Counted from the stretch's first letter, positions 19,535 through 31,962 are shown. The stretch: DNA of 64,000 nucleotides from an uncultured Bacillota bacterium (GCA_946625165.1 CAMOSR010000001.1:7744-71743); one strand, 5' to 3'. Program-made: numbers and translations. Notes: generated by a model from the sequence alone, not told the origin.

Positions 19535-19951
19535 TCAAGAAATTTCTTGAGTTTGAACATTAAAATTTATAGATTTAATTTTTTCTAAATTTTCTTTTGT
19601 CTGCATTGTTAGTATCTTATACTCTTCTTTTTTTAGCTCATCGCCGATATAACTAGAAAAAGTAATTGGTTTAGATGCGTTCATAGTAACTGTTATTGAT
19701 GATATTTTTAAGTTACTTGAGTTCTTGTTAATTACTTTAGCGGTAAAGTAATATGTGTCATTTTTAGAATAAATTTTGATTTTTTCGAAGTTTAGCTTTT
19801 TAACTGTTTGATCGGGAAAGCTTAAATTTATATTATTTTGCTTTTCTTTTTGTTTATTTGTAAATGTGCTAGCTATAATAATAGCTACTATAAATATGCC
19901 AATCAAAATTATTTTACAAGGTTTTATTCTTTTTTCTTCCATATTAAACAT
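19535..19951 (-). CDS. Hypothetical membrane-anchored protein
   Basis: ORF with an N-terminal transmembrane helix. Confidence 0.35.
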   Translation of the reverse strand: MFNMEEKRIKPCKIILIGIFIVAIIIASTFTNKQKEKQNNINLSFPDQTVKKLNFEKIKIYSKNDTYYFTAKVINKNSSNLKISSITVTMNASKPITFSSYIGDELKKEEYKILTMQTKENLEKIKSINFNVQTQEIS

Positions 19952-19978
19952 ACTAGTTCTTTTGAACTATTTGCCTCC

Positions 19979-20269
19979 TTATAATAGGTCTTCTATTTTA
20001 TTTTTTGTTTCTTCGTCTAAGTCTTTGATTATTTCTTTTATTTCGTTTGATTTTGAATATTGCTTTAATATTTTTTCATAATTTAATAATTTGTTTTCTG
20101 TTTCTTTTATCACTTTATGAATTGCGTTTCTACTTATGTTTCTATTTTCACTAATTTCTGATAGTGATAGGTTTTGAAAGTAATAGTCTTCAAAATATTC
20201 TCTTTGTTTTTCTGTTAATAGTTCGCCATAATAATCATATAAGTTTACTAAATAAAGTGTTTTATCCAT
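19979..20269 (-). CDS. ylxM: YlxM/UPF0122 family putative DNA-binding protein (usually associated with ffh/ftsY)
   Basis: 96 aa, sequence EKQREYFEDYY..NLSLSEISE..ISRNAIH. Confidence 0.65.
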   Translation of the reverse strand: MDKTLYLVNLYDYYGELLTEKQREYFEDYYFQNLSLSEISENRNISRNAIHKVIKETENKLLNYEKILKQYSKSNEIKEIIKDLDEETKNKIEDLL

Positions 20270-20504
20270 TTATCATTTTAAATATGCTGACACTTAATAC
20301 GGCTAGTCCAAAGATTAGATATATATATGTCATATATTTTCTTTTAAAATGTTTTTGATTATTATAGCTCATAACTAATAAAATTATTCCCATTAATAAT
20401 TCTGTATATGTATATATTTTAGTAAATATTGAAGAGATAAATGAAATTACTACTACTATAAATAATACAAATTCTATTTTTAAGCTTAAATCTGTTTTTT
20501 TCAT
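20262..20504 (-). CDS. Small hypothetical membrane protein
   Basis: 80-aa ORF with two predicted transmembrane helices; overlaps both neighbours. Confidence 0.3.
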   Translation of the reverse strand: MKKTDLSLKIEFVLFIVVVISFISSIFTKIYTYTELLMGIILLVMSYNNQKHFKRKYMTYIYLIFGLAVLSVSIFKMING

Positions 20505-21475
20505 TCTTCTATCCCCTTAAATAATCCATATATGTACTTTTCAATATCGAATACTCTTAAGTCTTCTTTAGTTTCTCCAAGACCAACAAATTTTACAGGA
20601 AGCCCTGTTTCGTCTTTGATGGCTAAGACTATACCGCCTTTTGCTGTTCCATCTAATTTGGTTAAAACAATTCCAGTAATATTGGTAATTTCTTTAAAGC
20701 TTTTGGCTTGACTAATTCCGTTTTGACCAGTTGTAGCATCAATTACAAGTAATGTTTCATGAGGAGAACCTGGAACTAGTTTACCAATAACTTTATTTAT
20801 TTTTTCAAGTTCTTTCATTAAATTTACTTTATTTTGAAGTCTACCTGCGGTATCAATTAAAACGACGTCATAGTTTTCATCTTTTGCTTTATTTACTCCA
20901 TCATACATAACGCTTACTGGATCGGCGTTTTCTTTATATGTAATATCGCAGTTTATTTTTTCTGCCCATTCTTTTAACTGTTCAGTGGCGCCTGCTCTAA
21001 AAGTGTCACCAGCAACCATTAAAACTTTTTTGCCTTCTTCTTTTAATTTATATGCTATCTTACCAATAGTAGTTGTTTTTCCAGCTCCGTTTACGCCAAC
21101 GAACAAGATAATTGTTGGACCTTCCTTTGAATAGTTAATTTTATTTACAATAATGTCATTATTAACATATATGATAAACATTTCATCGACAATTATGTCT
21201 TTGAGTTCTTCTGGAGTTTTAATATTTTCTTTTTTTACGCGTTTCTTTAATCTACTGATAATTTCCATAACTGTGTTAACTCCAATATCCGACATTATTA
21301 GTATTTCTTCCAAATTTTCAAAGTAATCATCGTCAACTATATTATGATTTTTGTTTAAGCTTGACAGGGCTGATAGAAAGTTATTACGTGTCTTTTCAAG
21401 CCCTTTATCATATAATTCTACTTCTTTTTTTTCTTCTTTTTTAAATACGTTTTTAAATTTGTCAAATAATCCCAT
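20501..21475 (-). CDS. ftsY: Signal recognition particle receptor FtsY
   Basis: GTPase motifs GVNGAGKTTTIGKIA, DTAGR and TKLDG. Confidence 0.9.
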   Translation of the reverse strand: MGLFDKFKNVFKKEEKKEVELYDKGLEKTRNNFLSALSSLNKNHNIVDDDYFENLEEILIMSDIGVNTVMEIISRLKKRVKKENIKTPEELKDIIVDEMFIIYVNNDIIVNKINYSKEGPTIILFVGVNGAGKTTTIGKIAYKLKEEGKKVLMVAGDTFRAGATEQLKEWAEKINCDITYKENADPVSVMYDGVNKAKDENYDVVLIDTAGRLQNKVNLMKELEKINKVIGKLVPGSPHETLLVIDATTGQNGISQAKSFKEITNITGIVLTKLDGTAKGGIVLAIKDETGLPVKFVGLGETKEDLRVFDIEKYIYGLFKGIEE

Positions 21476-21639
21476 TATTTATCACCTAACTATCTATTAT
21501 TTTACACTAATTCGATTTAAAGTTCAACAAATTAGGTTATTGAATAATATTTTATCTAGCTTAATATGTGAACTTGCCAAATGTATGAAAAAAAGATATA
21601 ATGTTATAGTCAGTTTTAACTTTTAAGAAAGGAGATTTT

Positions 21640-23319
21640 ATGAAATTTAATAAAGGCGAAACTTATATATTCGCTTTAGGTGGACTTGGAGAAGTTGGAA
21701 AAAATATGTATTGTGTAATGCATAATAATGAATTAATTATTACTGATGCGGGTGTCATATTCCCTGGAGGCGAACTTATGGGAATTGATTATGTTATTCC
21801 AGATTTTACTTTTTTAAAACAAAATGAATCTAAAATTAAGGGGCTTTTTATTACTCACGGTCACGAAGATCATATTGGAGCTATTCCGTTTTTACTATCT
21901 GAGGTTAATATTCCGGCAATTTATGCGCCTAATCAAGCAGCGGCTTTGATTAGGAAAAAACTTGAAGATAGAGGGATTAAATATAATAATTTATATGTAT
22001 ATAATGAGAAAAATGTTTATAATTTTAAGGAGATAAGTGTTGAATTTTATAGAACAACTCACTCTATTCCTGATTCTCATGGTATTGTTATTCATACTCC
22101 AAATGGTACTGTTGTTACCACAGGTGACTTTAAATTTGATTTAACTCCAATTGGACCTATTGCGGATTTACATAAAATTGCAAGACTTGGCAGCGAGGGT
22201 GTTACTCTACTTTTAAGTGACAGTACAAATGCATTGAATACGGGAATAAGTAATAGTGAATCTAAAGTTGATGATGCACTTGATGATTTATTTACAAGGC
22301 ATAATAGTAGAATTATAATCGCAACTTTTGCATCAAATATTTACCGTTTAAAACATATTGTTGATACTTGTAAAAGGCATGGAAGAAAAATTGCTGTGTT
22401 CGGTAGAAGTATGGAAAATAATATTGAAATCTCTATCGAAGGTGGTTATATAAAACATAAAGAGTTATTTGTTACCCCTGAAGAAGCTAATAGTTTACCT
22501 AGTGATAAGGTTTGCGTTTTGTGTACTGGTACTCAAGGTGAACCACTTGCTGCTTTAAGTAGACTTGCAAATGGTACACATAAACATATCAAGCTTAGAA
22601 GTGATGATATTGTTGTATTTTCTTCATCGGCTATTCCTGGTAATTCTTTAAGTATTTCAAGAACAATAAATAAGTTATATTTAAAAGGTATAACTGTTTA
22701 TACTAACACTTCACTTAGCGACATTCATGCGTCTGGCCATGGTAATGAGGAAGAACTTAAATGGATGATTAGGCTTATTAATCCTAAATACTTTATGCCG
22801 TTTCATGGTGAATATAGAATGCTTAAAAAGCATGCGGATATCGCAGTGAGCTGTGACATTCCTTCTGAAAATACTTTTGTTTTAAGTAATGGTGAAGTTC
22901 TTTCGATGAAAAATGGTGTTATTAAAAAAGCAGGATATGTTCCAGCTGGAGACAGTTATGTCGATGGTAACCGTGTTGGTGAAGTTAGTAATGCGGTTAT
23001 GAAAGATAGAAAGGTTATGGCTAATGATGGCATTGTAGTTGTTATTGCCAATATGGATATGAAAGGTGGAAAGCTTTTATCTTCACCTAGTATTATAACT
23101 AGAGGGTTTGTTTTAGTTAATGATAATTTAGAACTTTTAAAGAAACTTGAAAATCTAGCTAAAGATGCAATAAATAATAAAATTAAAACTGACGTTAATT
23201 ATTCAGATATTAAGCTGGAAATTTCAAATGTTTTATCTAGTTATATAAGTTTGCATACCGGGAGAAAACCTATTATACTTCCTGTTATTATGGATATTAA
23301 AAAAGGCGTTAAAAATTAG
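21640..23319 (+). CDS. rnj: Ribonuclease J (beta-CASP metallo-beta-lactamase)
   Basis: HGHEDHIGA motif; 559 aa; GGAG ribosome-binding site upstream. Confidence 0.9.
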   Translation: MKFNKGETYIFALGGLGEVGKNMYCVMHNNELIITDAGVIFPGGELMGIDYVIPDFTFLKQNESKIKGLFITHGHEDHIGAIPFLLSEVNIPAIYAPNQAAALIRKKLEDRGIKYNNLYVYNEKNVYNFKEISVEFYRTTHSIPDSHGIVIHTPNGTVVTTGDFKFDLTPIGPIADLHKIARLGSEGVTLLLSDSTNALNTGISNSESKVDDALDDLFTRHNSRIIIATFASNIYRLKHIVDTCKRHGRKIAVFGRSMENNIEISIEGGYIKHKELFVTPEEANSLPSDKVCVLCTGTQGEPLAALSRLANGTHKHIKLRSDDIVVFSSSAIPGNSLSISRTINKLYLKGITVYTNTSLSDIHASGHGNEEELKWMIRLINPKYFMPFHGEYRMLKKHADIAVSCDIPSENTFVLSNGEVLSMKNGVIKKAGYVPAGDSYVDGNRVGEVSNAVMKDRKVMANDGIVVVIANMDMKGGKLLSSPSIITRGFVLVNDNLELLKKLENLAKDAINNKIKTDVNYSDIKLEISNVLSSYISLHTGRKPIILPVIMDIKKGVKN

Positions 23320-23337
23320 TTAACGTCTTTTATTTAA

Positions 23338-24917
<1,580 letters not shown>

Positions 24918-24970
24918 CTACTCTCCTTTTTATGATTATAGCATATTTTCTATATTTTTTTAAAATATAC

Positions 24971-24999
24971 TTGAAGTTTTTACAAAATTATAGTATACT
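24971..24999 (+). promoter_or_regulatory. Sigma-A-type promoter for tRNA-Arg
   Basis: TTGAAG, a 17-nt spacer, then TATACT, about 20 nt upstream of the tRNA. Confidence 0.4.
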
Positions 25000-25018
25000 T
25001 GGTATGTTCACTTGAGTT

Positions 25019-25095
<77 letters not shown>

Positions 25096-25102
25096 TTTTA
25101 GT

Positions 25103-25132
25103 TATTTAAATCCTTTTAAGGATTTTTTTATT
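25103..25132 (+). terminator. Terminator after tRNA-Arg
   Basis: Hairpin atcctt/aaggat followed by TTTTTTT. Confidence 0.4.
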
Positions 25133-25143
25133 ATAAAAACTCT

Positions 25144-26148
25144 CTAGTGAGAGTTTTTTTCATAGTTCCATGCGTCTTTTAGCATATCTTCTAAGGTATA
25201 TTTAGCAGTAAAATTTAATTCTTTTTTAGCTTTTTCTGGGTTACTATAGCATGAATCAATATCTCCTTCTCGCCTTTCTACTATTTTATATGGTACTTTA
25301 ATATTATTAACTTTTTCAAATGTATTTATTATATCTAATACACTATAGCCTGTACCTGTTCCTAAGTTATAAATATATAGTCCTTGCTTTTCTTTTTTTA
25401 GTTTTTCAATTGCTTTAACATGACCTAGTGCTAGATCGACGACGTGAATATAATCTCTAACACCTGTTCCATCTTTAGTATTATAGTCGTTTCCAAAGAC
25501 ATTTAAATATTCTAATTTCCCTTTAGCTACCTTAGTTACATATGGTACTAAGTTAGCTGGAATACCATTTGGTTCTTCTCCAATAAGTCCAGATTTGTGG
25601 GCGCCTATTGGGTTGAAATATCTTAATATACATATATTCCATGTATTATCACTTTTATATAGGTCTTCTAGAATTTTTTCAACAAATAATTTACTTGTAC
25701 CGTAAGGATTTGTTGTTCCGCCCGTTTTTGATGTTTCTTTGATTGGTACTTTTTCTGGGTTTCCATATACGGTGGCGCTACTACTGAATACTAAAGTTTT
25801 TACATCATTTTCTTTCATGACATTTAGTAAGTTTAATACGCTACTTACATTGTTGATATAGTATTCTACTGGTTTTTGGACTGATTCGCCAACAGCTTTA
25901 TAGGCAGCAAAATCAATAACTGCTTCTATTTTGTTTTCGCTAAAAATGGTTTGAAGTATGTTTTTATCTAACATGTCACCTTCATAAAATTTAAATTCTT
26001 TATTGGTAATTTGCTTTATTTTGTCTAGGACTTCTCTTTTGCTGTTACTAAAGTTGTCAAGTCCTACTACTTCATAATTATTTTGTAGTAATTCTACTAC
26101 AGTATGGCTACCAATATATCCACACATACCTGTTACTAAAATTTTCAT
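25144..26148 (-). CDS. galE: UDP-glucose 4-epimerase
   Basis: MKILVTGMCGYIGSHTVVEL and the YxxxK region; 334 aa. Confidence 0.85.
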   Translation of the reverse strand: MKILVTGMCGYIGSHTVVELLQNNYEVVGLDNFSNSKREVLDKIKQITNKEFKFYEGDMLDKNILQTIFSENKIEAVIDFAAYKAVGESVQKPVEYYINNVSSVLNLLNVMKENDVKTLVFSSSATVYGNPEKVPIKETSKTGGTTNPYGTSKLFVEKILEDLYKSDNTWNICILRYFNPIGAHKSGLIGEEPNGIPANLVPYVTKVAKGKLEYLNVFGNDYNTKDGTGVRDYIHVVDLALGHVKAIEKLKKEKQGLYIYNLGTGTGYSVLDIINTFEKVNNIKVPYKIVERREGDIDSCYSNPEKAKKELNFTAKYTLEDMLKDAWNYEKNSH

Positions 26149-26188
26149 ATTATCACCTTTTACATTGTACTAAAAAAGTATCTTAAAT

Positions 26189-28510
26189 TCAAGATACTTT
26201 CTTTATGTCATGCCATTTCCAATTGCGAATTTCTAACATATCTATGCCATTTGCTTTTATGTAGGTATTATGTTCCTGCAATTTTTTTTCCATTTTATCT
26301 ATTATATCCTGCCCTTTATCGCCTAAGTTTAAATGTTTGACGGCGTCAATAACTAAGTGATAACGGTCTAACTCATTTTGAACGCGCATGTCAAATGGTG
26401 TAGTAATTGTTCCCTCTTCTTGATATCCATGAACTGACATATTATGATTATGTCTATTGTATGTTAGCGAATGGATTAATGAAGGATAGCCATGGAAAGC
26501 AAAAATGATTGGTTTTTCTTTAGTAAATATGGTGTCATATGTGTCATCGGTAAGGCCGTGTGGGTGAGCTTTTTTTAATTTCATTAAGTCAATAATATTA
26601 ATATATCTTATTTTTAGGTTTGGAAGTTCTTTATTTAATATAGATGTTGCAGCTAGTGTTTCAATTACTGGGGTATCACCAGCTGATGCAATAACAATAT
26701 CTGGCTTTTCTTTAGTATATGTGCTGGCCCATCCCCAAATACTTATACCGTTATTAAAGTGTTTAACGGCATCGCTCATACTAAGCCACTGATAACTTGG
26801 GTGTTTGGATGCAGTTATAACATTTATTTTATTTTTAGTTTTTAGTGCATGGTCTACTGTTACTATTAAACTGTTGGCATCAAATGGTAAGTATATTCTT
26901 GATATGCTTTCCTTTTTATCGGCTATGTGGTTTAAAAAGCCAGGTTCTTGGTGTGTATAGCCATTATGGTCTTGTTGCCAAACATGAGAGGTTAAAACAT
27001 AGTTTAATGAAGATATGTCTTCGCGCCACGATAAGTCTTCGCATACTTTTAACCATTTAGCGTGCTGGGAAGCCATAGAATCGATTACTCTAACAAATGA
27101 TTCATAGCTTACGAATAGTCCGTGTCTTCCAGTTAATAAGTATCCTTCTAGCATACCTTCGCACATGTGCTCTGAAAGATACGAGTCCATAATTTTTCCA
27201 TCTTTACTTAAATATTCGTCGTTATTGGCGATTAAGCCTTGCCAATCACGATTTTGGACATCAAATATTTTATATAATCTATTTGACATGGCTTCATCAG
27301 GGCTAAATATTCGGAAGTTATCATTTTTTTTATACACATCTCTAAGATATTTACTTAGTTCTACCATATCTTCAGTTTCATATTCTCCGTGTTTTTTAAA
27401 GTTAGAGGCATAATCATATATATTAGGTAGTTTTAATTCTTTTAATAATTTCCCACCATTTGTGTATGGGCTTGCTCCCATCCTTTTATTTCCTTTTGGC
27501 AGAAAGTCACTTATTTCTTTTATTAATTTTCCTTTTTCATCAAATAGATTTTCGGGGTTATAACTTTTAAGCCATTTTTCTAGTATTTCCACGTCTTCAT
27601 CATTTTCTATATGTAGTGGCACTTGATGGGCTCTAAAAGTTCCTTCTATTTGTTTACCATGAACTACTTTTGGCCCAGTCCAGCCTTTTGGGGTTTTTAA
27701 AATAATCATTGGCCATTGTGTATTTTTATTTCCATCTTTTATTTTTTTGAAGTCTTCTATTACTTTGTTTAGAGTTAAATACATTTTTTTATGCAGGTTT
27801 TTTATGTCTTCTCCTTCAACCAAATATGGATGATATCCTAAACCGTAAAAATAACTGCCTAATTCTACTTTACTCATTTTAGATAATATGGTTGGATTAC
27901 TTATTTTATATCCATTCAAATTTAATATTGGTAAAACTACTCCATCTTTTTTAGGATTTAGAAATTTAATACCATTCCATGATGTTGCGAGCGGGCCGGT
28001 TTCGGCTTCACCGTCACCAACAACTGCAGTTACTATTAGGTCAGGATTATCTAAAGCAGCACCAAAAGCATGGGCTAAAGAATACCCTAATTCTCCACCT
28101 TCATGAATTGAACCTGGCGTTTCTGGAGCTGCATGACTTGGAATTCCTCCGGGGAATGAGAAGCTTTTAAACAATTTTTTTAGTCCTTTTTCATCCATGG
28201 TTACGTCTTTATATATTTCACTATATGTCCCCTCTAGATATGTATTAGCTACTGGACTGTTGCCACCATGTCCTGGTCCGGAAATATAAATCATATTTAA
28301 ATCGTAATCTTTAATTAATCTATTAAGATGAGCATATATGAAATTTTGGGCTGGTACAGTTCCCCAATGTCCAACTATTTTCTTTTTTATGTCATTTTTA
28401 GTTAGTTTCCTTTTTAATAGTGGGTTGTCAAGCAAATATAATTCAGCTGCTGATATATAATTTGCAGCATCAAAATATTTGTCAATTGTAATTATTTTTT
28501 CTTCGTTCAT
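26189..28510 (-). CDS. xfp: Xylulose-5-phosphate/fructose-6-phosphate phosphoketolase
   Basis: 773 aa; GHWGT and EGGELGYS motifs; thiamine-diphosphate fold. Confidence 0.9.
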   Translation of the reverse strand: MNEEKIITIDKYFDAANYISAAELYLLDNPLLKRKLTKNDIKKKIVGHWGTVPAQNFIYAHLNRLIKDYDLNMIYISGPGHGGNSPVANTYLEGTYSEIYKDVTMDEKGLKKLFKSFSFPGGIPSHAAPETPGSIHEGGELGYSLAHAFGAALDNPDLIVTAVVGDGEAETGPLATSWNGIKFLNPKKDGVVLPILNLNGYKISNPTILSKMSKVELGSYFYGLGYHPYLVEGEDIKNLHKKMYLTLNKVIEDFKKIKDGNKNTQWPMIILKTPKGWTGPKVVHGKQIEGTFRAHQVPLHIENDEDVEILEKWLKSYNPENLFDEKGKLIKEISDFLPKGNKRMGASPYTNGGKLLKELKLPNIYDYASNFKKHGEYETEDMVELSKYLRDVYKKNDNFRIFSPDEAMSNRLYKIFDVQNRDWQGLIANNDEYLSKDGKIMDSYLSEHMCEGMLEGYLLTGRHGLFVSYESFVRVIDSMASQHAKWLKVCEDLSWREDISSLNYVLTSHVWQQDHNGYTHQEPGFLNHIADKKESISRIYLPFDANSLIVTVDHALKTKNKINVITASKHPSYQWLSMSDAVKHFNNGISIWGWASTYTKEKPDIVIASAGDTPVIETLAATSILNKELPNLKIRYINIIDLMKLKKAHPHGLTDDTYDTIFTKEKPIIFAFHGYPSLIHSLTYNRHNHNMSVHGYQEEGTITTPFDMRVQNELDRYHLVIDAVKHLNLGDKGQDIIDKMEKKLQEHNTYIKANGIDMLEIRNWKWHDIKKVS

Positions 28511-28580
28511 ATGATCCCCTCTATTCTTTTATAATTATATAATGTTTTATCGAAAAGAACAAGTGATTTTAAAAAAATAC

Positions 28581-29528
28581 CTACTTTAATGTGGTATTTT
28601 TACAAAATTTTTGTGATGTGTTTAGAAATACTTCATCAATATCATAATTATCACAAACTGATAAGGATATAGTTTGATTTAAAGCATTATTTATCTCTTT
28701 ATTTACATTGTAAGTTTCTCCGGTAAATTCTAGTTTCATTATTCTGTCATCGATATTACTAGAGACTAATTTAACCTCACTATTCATGAAACTTATCAGC
28801 TTTTTGTTTGGATTAAAATTAATGCTTAATTCATCAATTATTATATTTATCTTGTCTCTATTATCATTTAAATATTTTGTGACTGGAACATAGTAATAGT
28901 TTTCGTTTATTTGATTTATATAATATATTGTAACGTCTGTAATGTCTTTAGTGCTGGTAAGGTCAAATTCTTTATTTATTCCAAACGATCTATCTAAGGT
29001 GCTTGGCAAGTTTATTTTAGTTTTTGGAAGTTTAGTTAGTATGTCTCCTTCTACGTAAATTATTATTTTATCTACTTTATCGATCGAAGTTAACGTATAT
29101 ACTATGGCTTCTATCATTTTTTCTTCTAGAGCTTTATCTACTTCTAATATATCTTTGGAAAAGTCAATCTTTAATACGTCGTGGTCGTAGCTTAAACTTA
29201 GTACTTCAGTATCTGGTGGGATTATAGCACTAAAACCACTTGGTACTTTGCTGTCCATGCCACCAACTGTGAGTATTTTGATAAGTTCTCTCGCTCTTTT
29301 TTCAATATTGCTTTCGGATACCGGAGCTTCAGTTAAGGCTACATAACTATTTTTATCCATTAGAAATATAGGGGTACTTGTGACGCTTGAATCGACATAT
29401 TCTAGTTCTTCTTTGATATTTAATTTTGGGGTATTAGAAGGTATTAAATATATTAGTAGTAGTGCGAATAAAGCAGCAACTGAAAGGTATATTTTTCTTA
29501 TATATATTTTTTTTAGCATAATGATCAC
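28581..29528 (-). CDS. gerM: GerM-like germination/sporulation protein (two GerMN domains)
   Basis: Segments align to B. subtilis GerM (..YVALTEAPVSES.., ..SGFSAIIPPDTEV.., YYYVPVTKYLNDN). Confidence 0.55.
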   Translation of the reverse strand: MIIMLKKIYIRKIYLSVAALFALLLIYLIPSNTPKLNIKEELEYVDSSVTSTPIFLMDKNSYVALTEAPVSESNIEKRARELIKILTVGGMDSKVPSGFSAIIPPDTEVLSLSYDHDVLKIDFSKDILEVDKALEEKMIEAIVYTLTSIDKVDKIIIYVEGDILTKLPKTKINLPSTLDRSFGINKEFDLTSTKDITDVTIYYINQINENYYYVPVTKYLNDNRDKINIIIDELSINFNPNKKLISFMNSEVKLVSSNIDDRIMKLEFTGETYNVNKEINNALNQTISLSVCDNYDIDEVFLNTSQKFCKNTTLK

Positions 29529-29568
29529 CTATTTAATGATATGAAAAAAAAGGCTATTTATAACCTTT

Positions 29569-29775
29569 TTATAACGAAAGCTCTCCTAGCCTTAATAGTT
29601 CTATTACAGCTCCGGCGCGGCCTTTGACTCCCAGTTTTTGCATTGCATTTGAAATATGATTTCTCACTGTCTTATCACTGATATTTAGTTTTTCGGCAAT
29701 TTCACTTGTACTGTTATTTTTAATAAGTAATTCAAAAACTTCGCGTTCTCTTTTGGTTAGAATACCATTTTTCAT
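29569..29775 (-). CDS. gerE: Sporulation transcription factor GerE (LuxR-type HTH only)
   Basis: 68 aa; TKREREVFELL...KTVRNHISNAMQKLGVKGRAGAVIELLRLGEL is near-identical to B. subtilis GerE. Confidence 0.85.
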   Translation of the reverse strand: MKNGILTKREREVFELLIKNNSTSEIAEKLNISDKTVRNHISNAMQKLGVKGRAGAVIELLRLGELSL

Positions 29776-29891
29776 ATTTTCCTCACTTTCTTAAGGCGGG
29801 TGGTTTATATTTACTCATAAATACTATATGCACTCTTGTCTTTTAAGTGAGAAAAAATGCCCATTTTAAAAGCTTTCTTTGGTAGAAAGTT

Positions 29892-30395
29892 TTATTTTTG
29901 AAATTTAACTGATATTGACATTGGACTGTCAAAATTTGTTTGTACTGCCCTCATTATTTTATTAGCTATCTGGGCATCATGTTTTTTACTATCTATGACG
30001 ACGGTTACTTTTGTATTTTCTATACTAATAAATGATTTATAATTAAATTCTTTTTGAATTTGTGTTTCAATTTTTTCTTCTTCACTCCTGTTTTTATTTA
30101 ATTTTTGCAGTTCTTCAAAGGCTTTGTTTTTATCTTCGGTAGATGCTTTAGAGTCCGTTAATGTTTTCTTGAGTTCTGTAACTTTATCTAACATTTTCTC
30201 TTCTGATTCTACTCTTAAGGCGACAAGTTCAGCACTTTCCTCTGGTTCTTCATTAATTGAAACTGTTGCTTCTTTCTTTTTATTTTCATTGTTGGTAGCC
30301 ATTAAAAGTTCACTTGGCATTGTTATATAATACACACTTAATACAAGTATTAAACTAAACAAAGTCAAAAACCATAAACTTCTTTTATTAATCAT
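29892..30395 (-). CDS. spoIIIAH: Stage III sporulation protein AH-like (SpoIIIAH)
   Basis: N-terminus LWFLTLFSLILVLSVYYITMPSE and C-terminus KVTVVIDSKKHD..ISVKF match SpoIIIAH. Confidence 0.6.
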   Translation of the reverse strand: MINKRSLWFLTLFSLILVLSVYYITMPSELLMATNNENKKKEATVSINEEPEESAELVALRVESEEKMLDKVTELKKTLTDSKASTEDKNKAFEELQKLNKNRSEEEKIETQIQKEFNYKSFISIENTKVTVVIDSKKHDAQIANKIMRAVQTNFDSPMSISVKFQK

Positions 30396-30477
30396 TATTA
30401 TCCCTCCTGGCGTGCTTCTAATTAATTATATTAGGCTTTTAATTATTTATTACAAAAAAAGAAGCAAAAACTGCTTC

Positions 30478-31962
30478 TTATATTTTATTTTTCATTTGAG
30501 GGAATAAAAGTACATCCCTAATTGATTCTTGTTCGGTAAATAACATACATAATCTATCTATTCCATAGCCTATTCCACCAGCTGGAGGCATACCATATTC
30601 TAAGGCTTCTATAAAGTCCATATCAATATCATTGGCTTCTTCATTACCTAAATCTCTTTCGGCAAGCTGGGCCTCAAATCTTTCTAACTGATCTATTGGA
30701 TCATTTAATTCAGTATAGGCATTTGCGAATTCTTTACCGCCTATAAATAGTTCAAATCTATCAACAAATCTTTCATCATCAGGATTTTTCTTTGTTAGTG
30801 GAGAAATTTCAATGGGATGGCCATATAAAAATGTTGGTTGGATTAAGGTTTCTTCTACATATTTTTCGAAAAATTTATTTATGATATGGCCGTATGCTTT
30901 TTCGTGTTCTTCTAGTTCGATATTGTGCTCCTCAGCCAGTTTTAGGCATTGATCTAAGTCTTTAATTTTTTTAAAGTCTATTCCAGTCTTTTCTTTAATT
31001 GCATCAGTCATGCTAACTCTTTTCCAGGGACCTTCAAGATTGATATCATTTCCAAAAAACTTGAAATTCATTTTGCCAAATACTTCTTTAGCTATAGTTT
31101 GGAACATTCCTTCAGTTATGTTCATCATGCCTTCTAGGTCGCTATATGCAAGATATGCTTCCATTAGTGTAAACTCTGGGTTGTGTCTAGTATCCATTCC
31201 TTCATTTCTAAATACCCTACCTATTTCGTAAACGGCTTCCATGCCGCCAACTAGTAGTCTTTTTAGTGGCAATTCTAGAGCGATTCTTAAATACATGTCT
31301 AAATCTTGGGCGTTATGGTGAGTGACAAATGGCTTTGCTGAAGCTCCAGTAAGTAAAGTTGTAAGTACTGGTGTTTCTACTTCGGTAAAGCCTTTTTTAT
31401 CCATATAATTTTGAATACATCTGATTATTTTTGGCCTTAAAAATGCTACTTTTCTGGAGTCTTCATTCATGATTAGATCAACATAACGTCTTCTATATCT
31501 TTCTTCTATATCCGTTAATCCATGGAATTTTTCTGGTAATGGTCTTAATGCTTTAACTAAATGAGTATATTCTAGGCATTTTATAGTTATTTCGCCGGTT
31601 CTCGTTTTCATAACTTTACCATGTATTCCTACTATGTCACCAATATCAGCTGTTTTAAATAAGTTATATGTTTCCTCACCAATATCGTTAATTGAGATAT
31701 AAATTTGGATTTTGCCTGTTTTATCTTGGATAGAAATAAATGAAGCTTTGCCCATCTTTCTAATAAACATAATACGTCCAGCAACGGTTACTAAATCATT
31801 TCTATTTTCAAATTCATCATGTGGAATATCTGCATATTTTTCTTTTATGTCATTTGCCCAATCTGTTCTATTAAATACGTGACCAAATGGATCCATTCCT
31901 AACTCACGTATTTTTTCGGCTTTTTCTCTTCTCACTAATTCTTGTTCTGTAAATTGTCTCAT
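30478..31962 (-). CDS. lysS: Lysyl-tRNA synthetase (class II)
   Basis: 494 aa; anticodon-binding OB fold plus class II motifs. Confidence 0.9.
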   Translation of the reverse strand: MRQFTEQELVRREKAEKIRELGMDPFGHVFNRTDWANDIKEKYADIPHDEFENRNDLVTVAGRIMFIRKMGKASFISIQDKTGKIQIYISINDIGEETYNLFKTADIGDIVGIHGKVMKTRTGEITIKCLEYTHLVKALRPLPEKFHGLTDIEERYRRRYVDLIMNEDSRKVAFLRPKIIRCIQNYMDKKGFTEVETPVLTTLLTGASAKPFVTHHNAQDLDMYLRIALELPLKRLLVGGMEAVYEIGRVFRNEGMDTRHNPEFTLMEAYLAYSDLEGMMNITEGMFQTIAKEVFGKMNFKFFGNDINLEGPWKRVSMTDAIKEKTGIDFKKIKDLDQCLKLAEEHNIELEEHEKAYGHIINKFFEKYVEETLIQPTFLYGHPIEISPLTKKNPDDERFVDRFELFIGGKEFANAYTELNDPIDQLERFEAQLAERDLGNEEANDIDMDFIEALEYGMPPAGGIGYGIDRLCMLFTEQESIRDVLLFPQMKNKI

